Assembly (NCBI GenBank): GCA_029246105.1
Contig: JAQWOA010000027.1
Location: 3,056 to 67,055 of the forward strand
Direction: 5' to 3'
Length of the DNA stretch: 64,000 nucleotides
From: Woeseiaceae bacterium
GTDB lineage: Bacteria; Pseudomonadota; Gammaproteobacteria; Steroidobacterales; Woeseiaceae
A program made the position numbers and the translations under genes. Shown here piece by piece: positions 8,747 to 17,560 of this stretch. Every line of letters begins with the position of its first letter. Within the stretch, counting starts at the first letter, position 1. The notes under the pieces are model-generated. The model was not told where the DNA came from. It saw only the letters and a list, made by a program, of their open reading frames with translations, and ran no database searches.

Positions 8747-9788
8747 TTTCACTCTTCTTTTGTTGATCAATTAACTTCTTGACCGGCGCAGAAAATCCAC
8801 CCGGCGGTACACCATTAAGCCTATACCATGTCTTAGAATCAGACTCGACAAATTTACTCGTGTGTGACTTAAATCGCACAAGAATTGGCTGAATGTCGAG
8901 ATCGAAGTGACTGAAGCTATGGCGCAAAATATCCCAAGGCAGTATTTCCGCTTCTTTGCTTCCAAAAGTATCGGCGCACCAATCATCGAGATTACACTCC
9001 CCAATCTCTGGAAGACTCCAAAGACCACCCCATACACCAGTCTCTGGCCGTCGCTCCAGATAAACCCGCCCTTCAATACTCACCAACACCATAGTTGTAG
9101 TACGAACCGGTTTAACTGATTTTGGTTTACGACCTGGGTAGGAATCAACGGTCTGCGTTTCTAGTGCGATGCAATCAGCAGCAACAGGACAGCTATCACA
9201 TGACGGGTGACTTCTTGTGCACAAGGTCGCACCAAGATCCATGATGGCCTGCGTATAGTCTGCAACTCTGCTAAGAGGTGTGTTTTTTTCAGACATTTCC
9301 CACAACATCTCAGAAACGTCTGCCTTCCCCGGCCAGCCCGCCAAAGCCCTGTGCCGGGCAAGCACTCGCTTAACGTTACCATCAAGGATCGCATGGCGCT
9401 GGCCATAAGCTAACGAAAGAATGGCGCCTGCTGTGGAACGACCAATACCCGGCAGTGCTATGACGTCTTCAACAGAAATCGGAAACTGGCCTCCATGAAT
9501 ATCAAGCACCTGTTGAGCCGCCTTATGAAGATTGCGAGCTCTAGCGTAGTAGCCAAGGCCCGTCCAATGGGACAGGACATCATCTTGACTAGCACTCGCT
9601 AAAACCTCTAAGGTAGGAAAGCGCTCAATAAATCGATCGAAGTAAGGAATTACCGTTTGCACTTGGGTTTGTTGCAACATTATCTCTGATACCCAAACAC
9701 GATACGCCGTGATGTTTTTCTGCCATGGCAAATCTTTCCTGCCATGCTCATCAAACCAACGCAGCAAGCGCGAAGCAAAATCATTCAT
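8730..9788 (-). CDS. mutY: A/G-specific adenine DNA glycosylase MutY
   Basis: It has an HhH-GPD region ([23 protein letters not shown]) and a 4Fe-4S loop ([17 protein letters not shown]). A NUDIX-like C-terminal domain is also present. Confidence 0.9.
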   Translation of the reverse strand: MNDFASRLLRWFDEHGRKDLPWQKNITAYRVWVSEIMLQQTQVQTVIPYFDRFIERFPTLEVLASASQDDVLSHWTGLGYYARARNLHKAAQQVLDIHGGQFPISVEDVIALPGIGRSTAGAILSLAYGQRHAILDGNVKRVLARHRALAGWPGKADVSEMLWEMSEKNTPLSRVADYTQAIMDLGATLCTRSHPSCDSCPVAADCIALETQTVDSYPGRKPKSVKPVRTTTMVLVSIEGRVYLERRPETGVWGGLWSLPEIGECNLDDWCADTFGSKEAEILPWDILRHSFSHFDLDIQPILVRFKSHTSKFVESDSKTWYRLNGVPPGGFSAPVKKLIDQQKKSENVAYR

Positions 9789-9972
9789 CGTCTAATTCCT
9801 GCGCAATGACTTCAATACAGTCAACCGCACGACCTCCATTATTCTCTGACTTTCGCTTAATCATGAAAGAGTCGATGTTCAGTGGTATACAAAATTTCGA
9901 ACTCATCTTTAAGTCATATATATTTGTGGTCATCATGATCTAACTATAGTCAACCGCCAAAAAGAGCTAGCA

Positions 9973-10917
9973 ATGTCTTTATCTATTCACAATGTAAGCG
10001 CGCTGTCCATCTTGCGCAATATCAATGATGGCGTAATCGTTGTAGATGATGCAGGCCATGTTATTGATATCAATCCAGCAGCGCGTACCTTGCTTGGAAT
10101 GAATCCCCATATGCTACCCGACGTAACCTGGGAACAAACTTTCTGCTGCGTCGATGCTAAAGGTGATAGATATCGTGACCTCAACGATTTACCACTAATG
10201 CGAGCACGAAATGGCGAGAAGTTTTCTAACCAAATTGCTCTCTACCGAATGCCTGAGCAGCTCGATATCGTACTGAGCATCAATGGTCAGGGGTTATTCG
10301 ATGACAAGCACAAACTCATTGGTGGAATAATTACTTTCCGCGATATTACTGAGTCTCGACGTCGAATAGTCCAACTTGAAGAGCGTGCTCAATATGATGA
10401 ATTAACGAGCCTTGCGAATCGCTCCTTATTCAAGGAACAATTGTCTCGTGCAATTGGTCGCAACCAAAGAAGAGCTGCTCCACTAGCGGTGCTCTTTATA
10501 GATATTGATCAATTTAAATCGGTGAACGATACATTGGGCCATGACATCGGCGATGCATTGCTCTGTCAGTTTGCTGACCGACTTAAAAATAATTTACGCA
10601 TTGGCGATTTCTGTGGTCGTTGGGGTGGCGATGAGTTTGTTGTTTGTCTTGAAAATTTCAGCGAAGAGACAAACGCAACTGCGGCAGCTCAAAAATTATT
10701 ATTAGCACTGTCGAATAAATACAGTATCGGCAATAACGAGGTCTGTGCGACGCCGAGTATTGGTGTCGCGATATATCCGGACTCAGGTTTGACGACTGAG
10801 TGCATAATCAAGGCAGCGGATATAGCGATGCTCGAAGCCAAAAAACATGGTGGCAGTCAATTCCAGTGTTATCCAAAGTCGCTCGACAAAAAACTCAATC
10901 AGAATAAAAAGTTGTAA
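9973..10917 (+). CDS. PAS-domain diguanylate cyclase (GGDEF) with an RxxD I-site
   Basis: The N-terminus is PAS-like. The GGDEF motif lies in GRWGGDEFVV. RIGD sits five residues upstream, which is the I-site position. Confidence 0.8.
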   Translation: MSLSIHNVSALSILRNINDGVIVVDDAGHVIDINPAARTLLGMNPHMLPDVTWEQTFCCVDAKGDRYRDLNDLPLMRARNGEKFSNQIALYRMPEQLDIVLSINGQGLFDDKHKLIGGIITFRDITESRRRIVQLEERAQYDELTSLANRSLFKEQLSRAIGRNQRRAAPLAVLFIDIDQFKSVNDTLGHDIGDALLCQFADRLKNNLRIGDFCGRWGGDEFVVCLENFSEETNATAAAQKLLLALSNKYSIGNNEVCATPSIGVAIYPDSGLTTECIIKAADIAMLEAKKHGGSQFQCYPKSLDKKLNQNKKL

Positions 10918-10942
10918 TGGGTATGAGTTTCTAACTCTTCAC

Positions 10943-11707
10943 TTAAGTAAGCGCTTCCAGAAAAGGTTTTGGGTCTTCGCCAGACTCAAGAACCTCTACC
11001 AATGCTGACCCAACAATTGCACCGGCTACATACTGACCGACAGCGGCTACATCTTTCGCCTCGCGAATTCCGAAGCCGGCACAAACTGGGATAGTCGAAT
11101 GCGAAGCGACCTTGGTAAGGTAGTCCGCCAAGTCTATGGGCAGTTCTGAACCGCCAGTAATACCAGTTATCGTTACTGCATAAACAAATCCACGTGAGGC
11201 ATCGCACAAAATTTTAAGTCTATCTTCTGGTGTAGCGGGTGTGACTAATTGAATAAGTCCGAGACCTCTAGCCTCCAATGCCGCACGCAGTTCCGCACAT
11301 TCCTCATAGGGTAGATCGGGAACGATAAATCCATAGACACCGGCCCCAAGTGCTCGATCTGCCAGAGCTTCATACCCAAAGGCGAGTAAGGGATTTAGAT
11401 AGGACATCATGACCAATGGTGCTTCTATTTCGCCCCGTACAGAATCGAGCTCATCGAATATCCATTTAAGGCTAACGCCTTTTTGTAAGGCAACGAAACT
11501 TGAACGCTGAATCGTCATTCCATCCGCCATCGGGTCCGAAAATGGAATACCAATCTCAACTACATCACCAACTGATGCCACACTTTTTAGCGTCGTGATG
11601 AAGTCTTTCGGTTCCGGATAGCCGGCTGTAATGAATGGCACCAATGCAGTTCGACCAGAATCATTTGCCGCAGATATCGCTGAACAAATTTTCTCATGTG
11701 CACTCAT
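10943..11707 (-). CDS. trpA: tryptophan synthase alpha chain
   Basis: TrpA-like sequence (VPFITAGYP, EIGIPFSDPMADG). It is the last gene of the trp operon. Confidence 0.9.
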   Translation of the reverse strand: MSAHEKICSAISAANDSGRTALVPFITAGYPEPKDFITTLKSVASVGDVVEIGIPFSDPMADGMTIQRSSFVALQKGVSLKWIFDELDSVRGEIEAPLVMMSYLNPLLAFGYEALADRALGAGVYGFIVPDLPYEECAELRAALEARGLGLIQLVTPATPEDRLKILCDASRGFVYAVTITGITGGSELPIDLADYLTKVASHSTIPVCAGFGIREAKDVAAVGQYVAGAIVGSALVEVLESGEDPKPFLEALT

Positions 11708-12945
11708 TATCGAATCCTTGCTGGGTACTTCGTTAACGTAGGCATATCTTTATCACCACGGCCAGAATTGCCAATCAGAATTCGCTTTCCTGGATTTTGT
11801 TTTGCGTATTCACGTGCTGCTGCAAAAGCGTGAGACGTCTCGAGAGCAGTTAACATACCTTCCATGGCACAAAGCTCTTCTAACGCTTCGAGTGCTTCAT
11901 TATCTCTTGCCGAAATATACTTCACCCGACCAGTTGCTTGTAACAAAGCATGCTCTGGCCCAACGCCAGAGTAATCAAGGCCAGCAGAAATCGACTGGGT
12001 CTCTTGTACTTGCCCATCATCGTCCTGAAGAATAATTGTATAAGATCCCTGTAGTACGCCAGGTGTTCCGGTCGCAAGTGTTGCTGCATTTTCGCCCAAA
12101 CCATCACCAATACCGCCTGCTTCAACACCGATTAATTCAATATCATCGCCGATTAAAGGATAAAAAAGGCCGATTGCATTAGAACCACCTCCAACACAAG
12201 CGAATGCTGCGTCGGGCAGTCCGCCAGCCTGATCCAGCATTTGCTGGCGTGCTTCAGCTCCAATTACAGACTGTAATTCACGAACGAGATAGGGGTAAGG
12301 ATGCGCACCAACTGCAGACCCCAAAAGATAATATATTCCATCTGGGTCAGTTACCCATTCACGCATCGCTTCGTCAATAGCGGCACGAAGTGTCTTGTCG
12401 CCTGTCTCGACCGCAATGACTTCGGCACCGAGGCGACGAATACGATCAACATTGGGAGCTTGTCGTTCCATATCAACTGCGCCCATGAACACACGGCAGG
12501 GCAATCCGACTCGTGCGCAAGCTGCCGCAGAGGCTACGCCATGTTGTCCTGCGCCTGTTTCAGCAATGACCCGTTTCGCACCAATACGTTTAGCAAGTAA
12601 CGCTTGTCCGATTGCGTTGTTAATTTTGTGAGCTCCCGTGTGTGCGAGATCTTCACGCTTAATCCAGACTTCAGCCCCCCAGGCTTCACTAAGTCGTGGA
12701 GCAAAAGAGAGTGCCGTCGGTCGACCAACCCATTCCCGCAATTCTTTCTGGAGCTCTGCTTTGAAACTTGAGCTGTGCAGGTGTTCTTTAACACCTGCTT
12801 CCAGGCGATCGAATGCCGGCACAAGCGTTTCCGATACATAGCGGCCACCGAAGGGTCCGAAGCGACCACGCTCATCGGGCAAATTACCATTAATAGCAGC
12901 ATCTAAAAGCTTTCTGGCTTCCTCAGCAGTAAGCAATGTACTCAT
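11707..12945 (-). CDS. trpB: tryptophan synthase beta chain
   Basis: GRFGPFGGRYV and HTGAHKINN include the PLP lysine. GGGSNAIG is also present. It overlaps trpA by 1 nt. Confidence 0.95.
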   Translation of the reverse strand: MSTLLTAEEARKLLDAAINGNLPDERGRFGPFGGRYVSETLVPAFDRLEAGVKEHLHSSSFKAELQKELREWVGRPTALSFAPRLSEAWGAEVWIKREDLAHTGAHKINNAIGQALLAKRIGAKRVIAETGAGQHGVASAAACARVGLPCRVFMGAVDMERQAPNVDRIRRLGAEVIAVETGDKTLRAAIDEAMREWVTDPDGIYYLLGSAVGAHPYPYLVRELQSVIGAEARQQMLDQAGGLPDAAFACVGGGSNAIGLFYPLIGDDIELIGVEAGGIGDGLGENAATLATGTPGVLQGSYTIILQDDDGQVQETQSISAGLDYSGVGPEHALLQATGRVKYISARDNEALEALEELCAMEGMLTALETSHAFAAAREYAKQNPGKRILIGNSGRGDKDMPTLTKYPARIR

Positions 12946-13535
12946 AAATCTTTCTCCGCAGATCTTACTGCACTAATGAATTCTTTTATCAATTGAACAT
13001 CTTTCTGCCCAGGCATTGATTCAATACCGCTCGAAACGTCAACTCCAAATGGACGAACCGTCGTAATTGCTCTCGTAACATTGTTAGCAAAAAGTCCGCC
13101 GGCCAGAATCATCCGGCCATTCTCCGCTATCGTTGCGGCGCGGGACCAGTCAACAGTCTCGCCATGACCACTTTTTTCTCCTTCAAAAATATAAGTATCA
13201 CTATTAATTGGATATGTTCCACCCTCACGAAATACTGGCCATTTCCCAACCGAATCAGGAACATCAAGTGATTCAAAATCTTGTGCGTCCGTTTGCAATA
13301 CATCTGGAAAAAACTCGCTTAAAACTGTCTGCCACTCTTCGTTAGTTGGATGCAGCATCACTGCAACACGCAAAATATGCGCCGGCACATTCACGCTAAT
13401 AGACGCTGCATCCATTGGCGTTATTTCACGTGGAGATTTCGCGAAAACAAAACCAAGTGCATCGGCACCTGCATCTACAGCCGCATTGACATGCTGCTCT
13501 TCTCTGAGGCCACAAACTTTCACGAGAATACTCAT
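12942..13535 (-). CDS. trpF: phosphoribosylanthranilate isomerase
   Basis: The VKVCGL and GADALGFVF motifs are present. It is a standalone TrpF with 4-nt overlaps to both neighbours. Confidence 0.85.
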   Translation of the reverse strand: MSILVKVCGLREEQHVNAAVDAGADALGFVFAKSPREITPMDAASISVNVPAHILRVAVMLHPTNEEWQTVLSEFFPDVLQTDAQDFESLDVPDSVGKWPVFREGGTYPINSDTYIFEGEKSGHGETVDWSRAATIAENGRMILAGGLFANNVTRAITTVRPFGVDVSSGIESMPGQKDVQLIKEFISAVRSAEKDL

Positions 13536-14332
13536 GTCGTGGCACCTGCCTTACGCATTGCGGCAATAAGTTCTTTTGGATTATTGCTACGCATCAGTGC
13601 AGTACCAACAAGAGCCATGCGATACCCCAATGCAGCGACTCGTGCTGCATCATTAGCTTCGCTTAATCCGCTTTCGGCAACACACCTAGCAGCTGGTAGC
13701 AGCTCAGCCAAGTTTTGAAGTCTTTTCGGGTCAACCTCAAGCGTTCTCAAATTTCGGGAATTTACACCAATGAGAAGCTGGCCTATTTCTGCGCGCTCTT
13801 TGTTTGTGTTATTCAACAACAATGCGGACGAGCGCTGCAAATCTTCTTCATTAAAAGACTCAAGCAACACAAAAAGATCGTGCTCCCAGGCACAATCAAG
13901 CATTTCGCGAAGCTTACTATCACTTAGCATGTTTGTTATAAGTAAAACGCCGCTAGCTCCTGCTTTTCGAGCTTCAAGAATTTGTACGGGCTCAACCAAA
14001 AAATCTTTACGCATCACTGGCGTGCCCGGCACAGCAGCAACAACCTCCGCAAGATGTGAGATATCTCCATCAAAACGACTTGGTTCTGTCAGCACAGATA
14101 TAGCTACTGCTCCGCCACTAGCATAGGCTCTGGCACAAGCACTGCGATCAAAGCCTCCTGGAGTTAAATCACCTTCAGCGGGTGATCGCTCCTTAATTTC
14201 TGCTATCACATCGAAGTCCCCGAGTGACAGTGGCACGATAGGCTTATCAAAATCTGCCGATGAAAACGTTTTATTAATAGCAGCCGCTCTTGCCGCGCTG
14301 GCATTCGCCATAATTTGCAAAAAGTCACTCAT
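13532..14332 (-). CDS. trpC: indole-3-glycerol phosphate synthase
   Basis: AEIKERSPAEG, VLTEPSRFDG and RKDF motifs are present. It is a standalone TrpC. Confidence 0.9.
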   Translation of the reverse strand: MSDFLQIMANASAARAAAINKTFSSADFDKPIVPLSLGDFDVIAEIKERSPAEGDLTPGGFDRSACARAYASGGAVAISVLTEPSRFDGDISHLAEVVAAVPGTPVMRKDFLVEPVQILEARKAGASGVLLITNMLSDSKLREMLDCAWEHDLFVLLESFNEEDLQRSSALLLNNTNKERAEIGQLLIGVNSRNLRTLEVDPKRLQNLAELLPAARCVAESGLSEANDAARVAALGYRMALVGTALMRSNNPKELIAAMRKAGATT

Positions 14333-15357
14333 TAGTTTTCGAAAAATTTACGTAATTTACCTAGGAACGACTCAGCTCTGCCATCGTCAATCGCCGCCGC
14401 CGCTTCAGCCACACCAGCCTTCGCATTTTTCACCTTACCTTGTACTTCAAGCATCAAGGATGTACCCATGAGTAAGGCATCGCGATGGGCGCCAGTATCC
14501 TTTCCCGTAAATACACGCACTAGTTCACTAGCATTATGATCCGCATCGCCACCTTCAAGATCAGTCGTACTGCAACGTGAAAAACCATAGTCTTCTGGGC
14601 TGCGCTTAGTTTCTGTAACACTTCCAGCGGTGACATCATAAAGCCAAAAATCACCAGCAGGTGTCGCCTCATCCCATCCTGGCTCTCCGTGGACAACAAA
14701 AGCACGCTCCAAATTCATTCCGGACAAAGCATCCGCCATCAACCGCGCGGCATGCTTACTGTAAGCACCAATCAACTGGAAGGGTGGTGCTGCCGGATTC
14801 GTCAACGGTCCCAACACATTAAAAACTGTGCGAACTGAAAGCGCTCCACGAATAGGAGCAACTGCTTTCATTGCCGGATGATAGGCTGGAGCAAACAAAA
14901 ACGTAAACCCTGTTTCTTGCAAACAATTAACAGCCTGTTTTTCATGTAGCGGTAAAGGCATACCAAGGCTCTCGAGCATATCTGCACTGCCAGATCGACT
15001 CGAAACAGAACGGTTGCCATGCTTAACAACTCTTGATCCGCAAGCAGCTGCAAGTAACCCGGTACCAGTCGATAGATTTAAGCTTCCAGATCCATCGCCA
15101 CCAGTTCCAACACTATCAACAATCGGGTCGCCATCTGGAATCTTTGGATGCACAGCCAGTTCGCGCATAGCAGTAGCAAAACCTCGAATTTCATCTGCTG
15201 TTTCGCCTTTTGCTCTGAGCCCTGCGAGAAGTGCACCGGCTAGTGCTGACGGCAATTCACCCTCAGCCAATTTATGCATCAGCTCATAAGCCTGCTGTTC
15301 CGACAAAGCTACTCCATTCAACAAACCATCCAACAGTGAACTGTATTCCTTACTCAT
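14332..15357 (-). CDS. trpD: anthranilate phosphoribosyltransferase
   Basis: VGTGGDGSGSLNLST and VVKHGNRSVSSRSGSAD motifs are present. Confidence 0.9.
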   Translation of the reverse strand: MSKEYSSLLDGLLNGVALSEQQAYELMHKLAEGELPSALAGALLAGLRAKGETADEIRGFATAMRELAVHPKIPDGDPIVDSVGTGGDGSGSLNLSTGTGLLAAACGSRVVKHGNRSVSSRSGSADMLESLGMPLPLHEKQAVNCLQETGFTFLFAPAYHPAMKAVAPIRGALSVRTVFNVLGPLTNPAAPPFQLIGAYSKHAARLMADALSGMNLERAFVVHGEPGWDEATPAGDFWLYDVTAGSVTETKRSPEDYGFSRCSTTDLEGGDADHNASELVRVFTGKDTGAHRDALLMGTSLMLEVQGKVKNAKAGVAEAAAAIDDGRAESFLGKLRKFFEN

Positions 15358-15953
15358 TGAGCCTCCATTCGCATGAAGTTTGTCATTAACTTTTCGCCCT
15401 CTGGCGTAAGAACACTTTCAGGATGAAACTGCACTCCTTCAATCTGATGGATCTTATGCCGCACACCCATGATCACTCCGCTGTCGGTCTTAGCGCTAAC
15501 CTCAAGCGTATCCGGCAGTGAATCAGCCTCAGCACAAAGAGAGTGATATCGGCCAACTTCGAACGGTTGTTTAATGCCTTCAAACACAGATCTTCCATCG
15601 TGCTTAATTTTTGAAGTCTTACCATGCATCAAGTGCTCAGCTCTGACAATTGTTCCACCTTGCTGCTGCACAATACTTTGATGTCCAAGGCACACACCTA
15701 AAATTGGTATTTTTCCGGCAAAAGCTGCGATCATGTCCAACGATAAACCCGCATCTTCTGGCCTGCCAGGACCTGGCGAAATAACCAAATGCGTTGGTTT
15801 CAGTTCAAGGCCTTCATCAATGCTGATCATGTCGTTTCTATAAACCATGACCTCGGCGCCATGGGCTGCAAAAGCCTGCACCAAATTGTAGGTGAATGAG
15901 TCATAGTTATCGATCAACAACATGCGTACATGGTCAAATGTATTATCAAACAT
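15354..15953 (-). CDS. trpG: anthranilate synthase component II (glutamine amidotransferase)
   Basis: LGVCLGHQ carries the catalytic Cys. GVQFHPES is also present. Confidence 0.9.
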   Translation of the reverse strand: MFDNTFDHVRMLLIDNYDSFTYNLVQAFAAHGAEVMVYRNDMISIDEGLELKPTHLVISPGPGRPEDAGLSLDMIAAFAGKIPILGVCLGHQSIVQQQGGTIVRAEHLMHGKTSKIKHDGRSVFEGIKQPFEVGRYHSLCAEADSLPDTLEVSAKTDSGVIMGVRHKIHQIEGVQFHPESVLTPEGEKLMTNFMRMEAQ

Positions 15954-17335
15954 TACAGACCTTCCTCCGCAATTTTGAGAGCGCTTCTTAATATGGCACT
16001 TTTTGCAAGCACTTCCTGATATTCTTTGGCTGGTATAGAGTCAGCGACGATACCGGCACCCGCTTGAAAGCTAAACTCATCTCCTGAAAAAACCAGTGTA
16101 CGAATTGTAATCGCCTGATCCATATCACCACTCAGTCCAAAGTAGCCTGCCGTACCAGCATAAAGGCCACGACCAACTTGCTCCATTTCCTCAATAATCT
16201 CCATCGCTCTTACTTTGGGGGCACCAACTAATGTGCCAGCTGGAAAACTTGCCGCAAAAAGATCGAACTGATCGAACTCAGATGCCAATTCTCCTCTAAC
16301 TCCACTAACAATGTGCATAACGTGGCTGTAATACTCAATCTCGCGATAAGGGTCGACTTGCACTGTCCCAGCGCTAGCTACCCGACCAAGATCATTACGA
16401 GCAAGATCAACTAGCATGACATGCTCTGCCGATTCCTTGGGATCTGCAAGCAACGTGGCCGCACTTTCCTTGTCTTCCTCACTGGTTTTACCGCGTGGTA
16501 ACGTTCCGGCAATTGGACGCAAAGATGCAATATCACCGTTCAACTTGACCAGCGCTTCTGGCGAAGAACCAACGACCTTGAGATCACCAAAATCGAAGAA
16601 GAACATGTAGGGTGACGGATTTAAAAGTCGCAATGCTCTATAAACTTCAAACGGTGGCACATCCGTCTTACCGCGAAACAGCACTGATAGAACAATTTGA
16701 TAAATATCTCCAGCAGCGATGTACTCTTTACATGTCTCAACACACTCTAAAAATTTTTCTTCTGTCATGCTCGGCTCTACTGCTGAGACCGAAACATTCT
16801 TTGGCATTGCTGGAATGGCCCCACGCAACAATCGGATAACTTCCTCACGAAGTTCAAGACGGTCCTTCTCAGATCCGTCATGTAATAACGCAACACTGCG
16901 CGTCAAATGATCAAATACCAGTAAAGAAGCTGGTGCAATGAAAGCAGCATCTGGTATGTGTAACTGTTTAGCTGTTTTCTCTGGAAGCTTCTCGAATAAT
17001 CGAACTACATCATAACCTGAAACACCAACCAATCCGCCAGCGAATGGCAGGCCATTATCGGGTTGTGGTCGCGGTGCGATCTCAAGAGCGCGACGCAGTG
17101 CAGCAAGATATTGCTGTTGGTTTTTTGGGCGAGTTTCATTAACGCCATCGATGCTAAAAGATTCCTCGTTCATACGAACTTCGACTGAGTCACCAAAGCC
17201 GATGAAAGAATAACGGGCAAGCCGTTCTCCACCTTCCACGCTCTCAAGAAGAAAGCGCGGATTAAGCGATCCTAATTTCAGATAGGTCGAAACCGGTGTA
17301 TCAAAGTCTGCAACGATGTCAAAAGGTGCTTGCAT
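15953..17335 (-). CDS. trpE: anthranilate synthase component I
   Basis: LLESVEGGERLARYSF is the Trp-feedback region. The chorismate-binding C-terminus carries GTLVGAPKVRAMEII and RGLYAGTAGYF. GAGGAAAAATG gives the Shine-Dalgarno and start. Confidence 0.95.
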   Translation of the reverse strand: MQAPFDIVADFDTPVSTYLKLGSLNPRFLLESVEGGERLARYSFIGFGDSVEVRMNEESFSIDGVNETRPKNQQQYLAALRRALEIAPRPQPDNGLPFAGGLVGVSGYDVVRLFEKLPEKTAKQLHIPDAAFIAPASLLVFDHLTRSVALLHDGSEKDRLELREEVIRLLRGAIPAMPKNVSVSAVEPSMTEEKFLECVETCKEYIAAGDIYQIVLSVLFRGKTDVPPFEVYRALRLLNPSPYMFFFDFGDLKVVGSSPEALVKLNGDIASLRPIAGTLPRGKTSEEDKESAATLLADPKESAEHVMLVDLARNDLGRVASAGTVQVDPYREIEYYSHVMHIVSGVRGELASEFDQFDLFAASFPAGTLVGAPKVRAMEIIEEMEQVGRGLYAGTAGYFGLSGDMDQAITIRTLVFSGDEFSFQAGAGIVADSIPAKEYQEVLAKSAILRSALKIAEEGL

Positions 17336-17375
17336 TTTTCCTCACGTCACACGCACTGCTGTGTTTATCCATACG

Positions 17376-17408
17376 AAAAAGCCCATCCCTGATTCTGCAG
17401 AGATGGGC
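17376..17408 (-). terminator. trp attenuator: intrinsic terminator between the leader peptide and trpE
   Basis: The minus strand reads GCCCATCTCTG-cagaat-CAGGGATGGGC. This is an 11-bp stem with one G-U pair and a 6-nt loop, followed by TTTTT. It ends 40 nt before the trpE ATG. Confidence 0.8.
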
Positions 17409-17434
17409 TCGATTATTTTTAATTTGGCCAATAC

Positions 17435-17497
17435 TTAGCCAACAGCCCCCTCTTTTGCGAGCCGCCACCACCAATTCAAAATGATTAATGTATTCAT
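17435..17497 (-). CDS. trpL: trp operon leader peptide, 20 aa: MNTLIILNWWWRLAKEGAVG
   Basis: It is too short for the ORF track. Three tandem TGG codons sit at 17465-17473. The stop (TAA) lies about 26 nt upstream of the terminator hairpin. I see no clear Shine-Dalgarno. Confidence 0.7.
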   Translation of the reverse strand: MNTLIILNWWWRLAKEGAVG

Positions 17498-17560
17498 AAG
17501 ACCAAGTATTACTGTGGTTTTCACAAGCGTCAAGCTTGGATTCAATTACAAATAAATCAG

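Noticed and set aside
9819-9957. A 10-nt direct repeat, AGTCAACCGC, at 9819-9828 and 9948-9957 in the spacer between mutY and the GGDEF gene.
   Set aside because: It is a single short repeat pair with no dyad symmetry and no known motif. It could arise by chance, and nothing else supports it.
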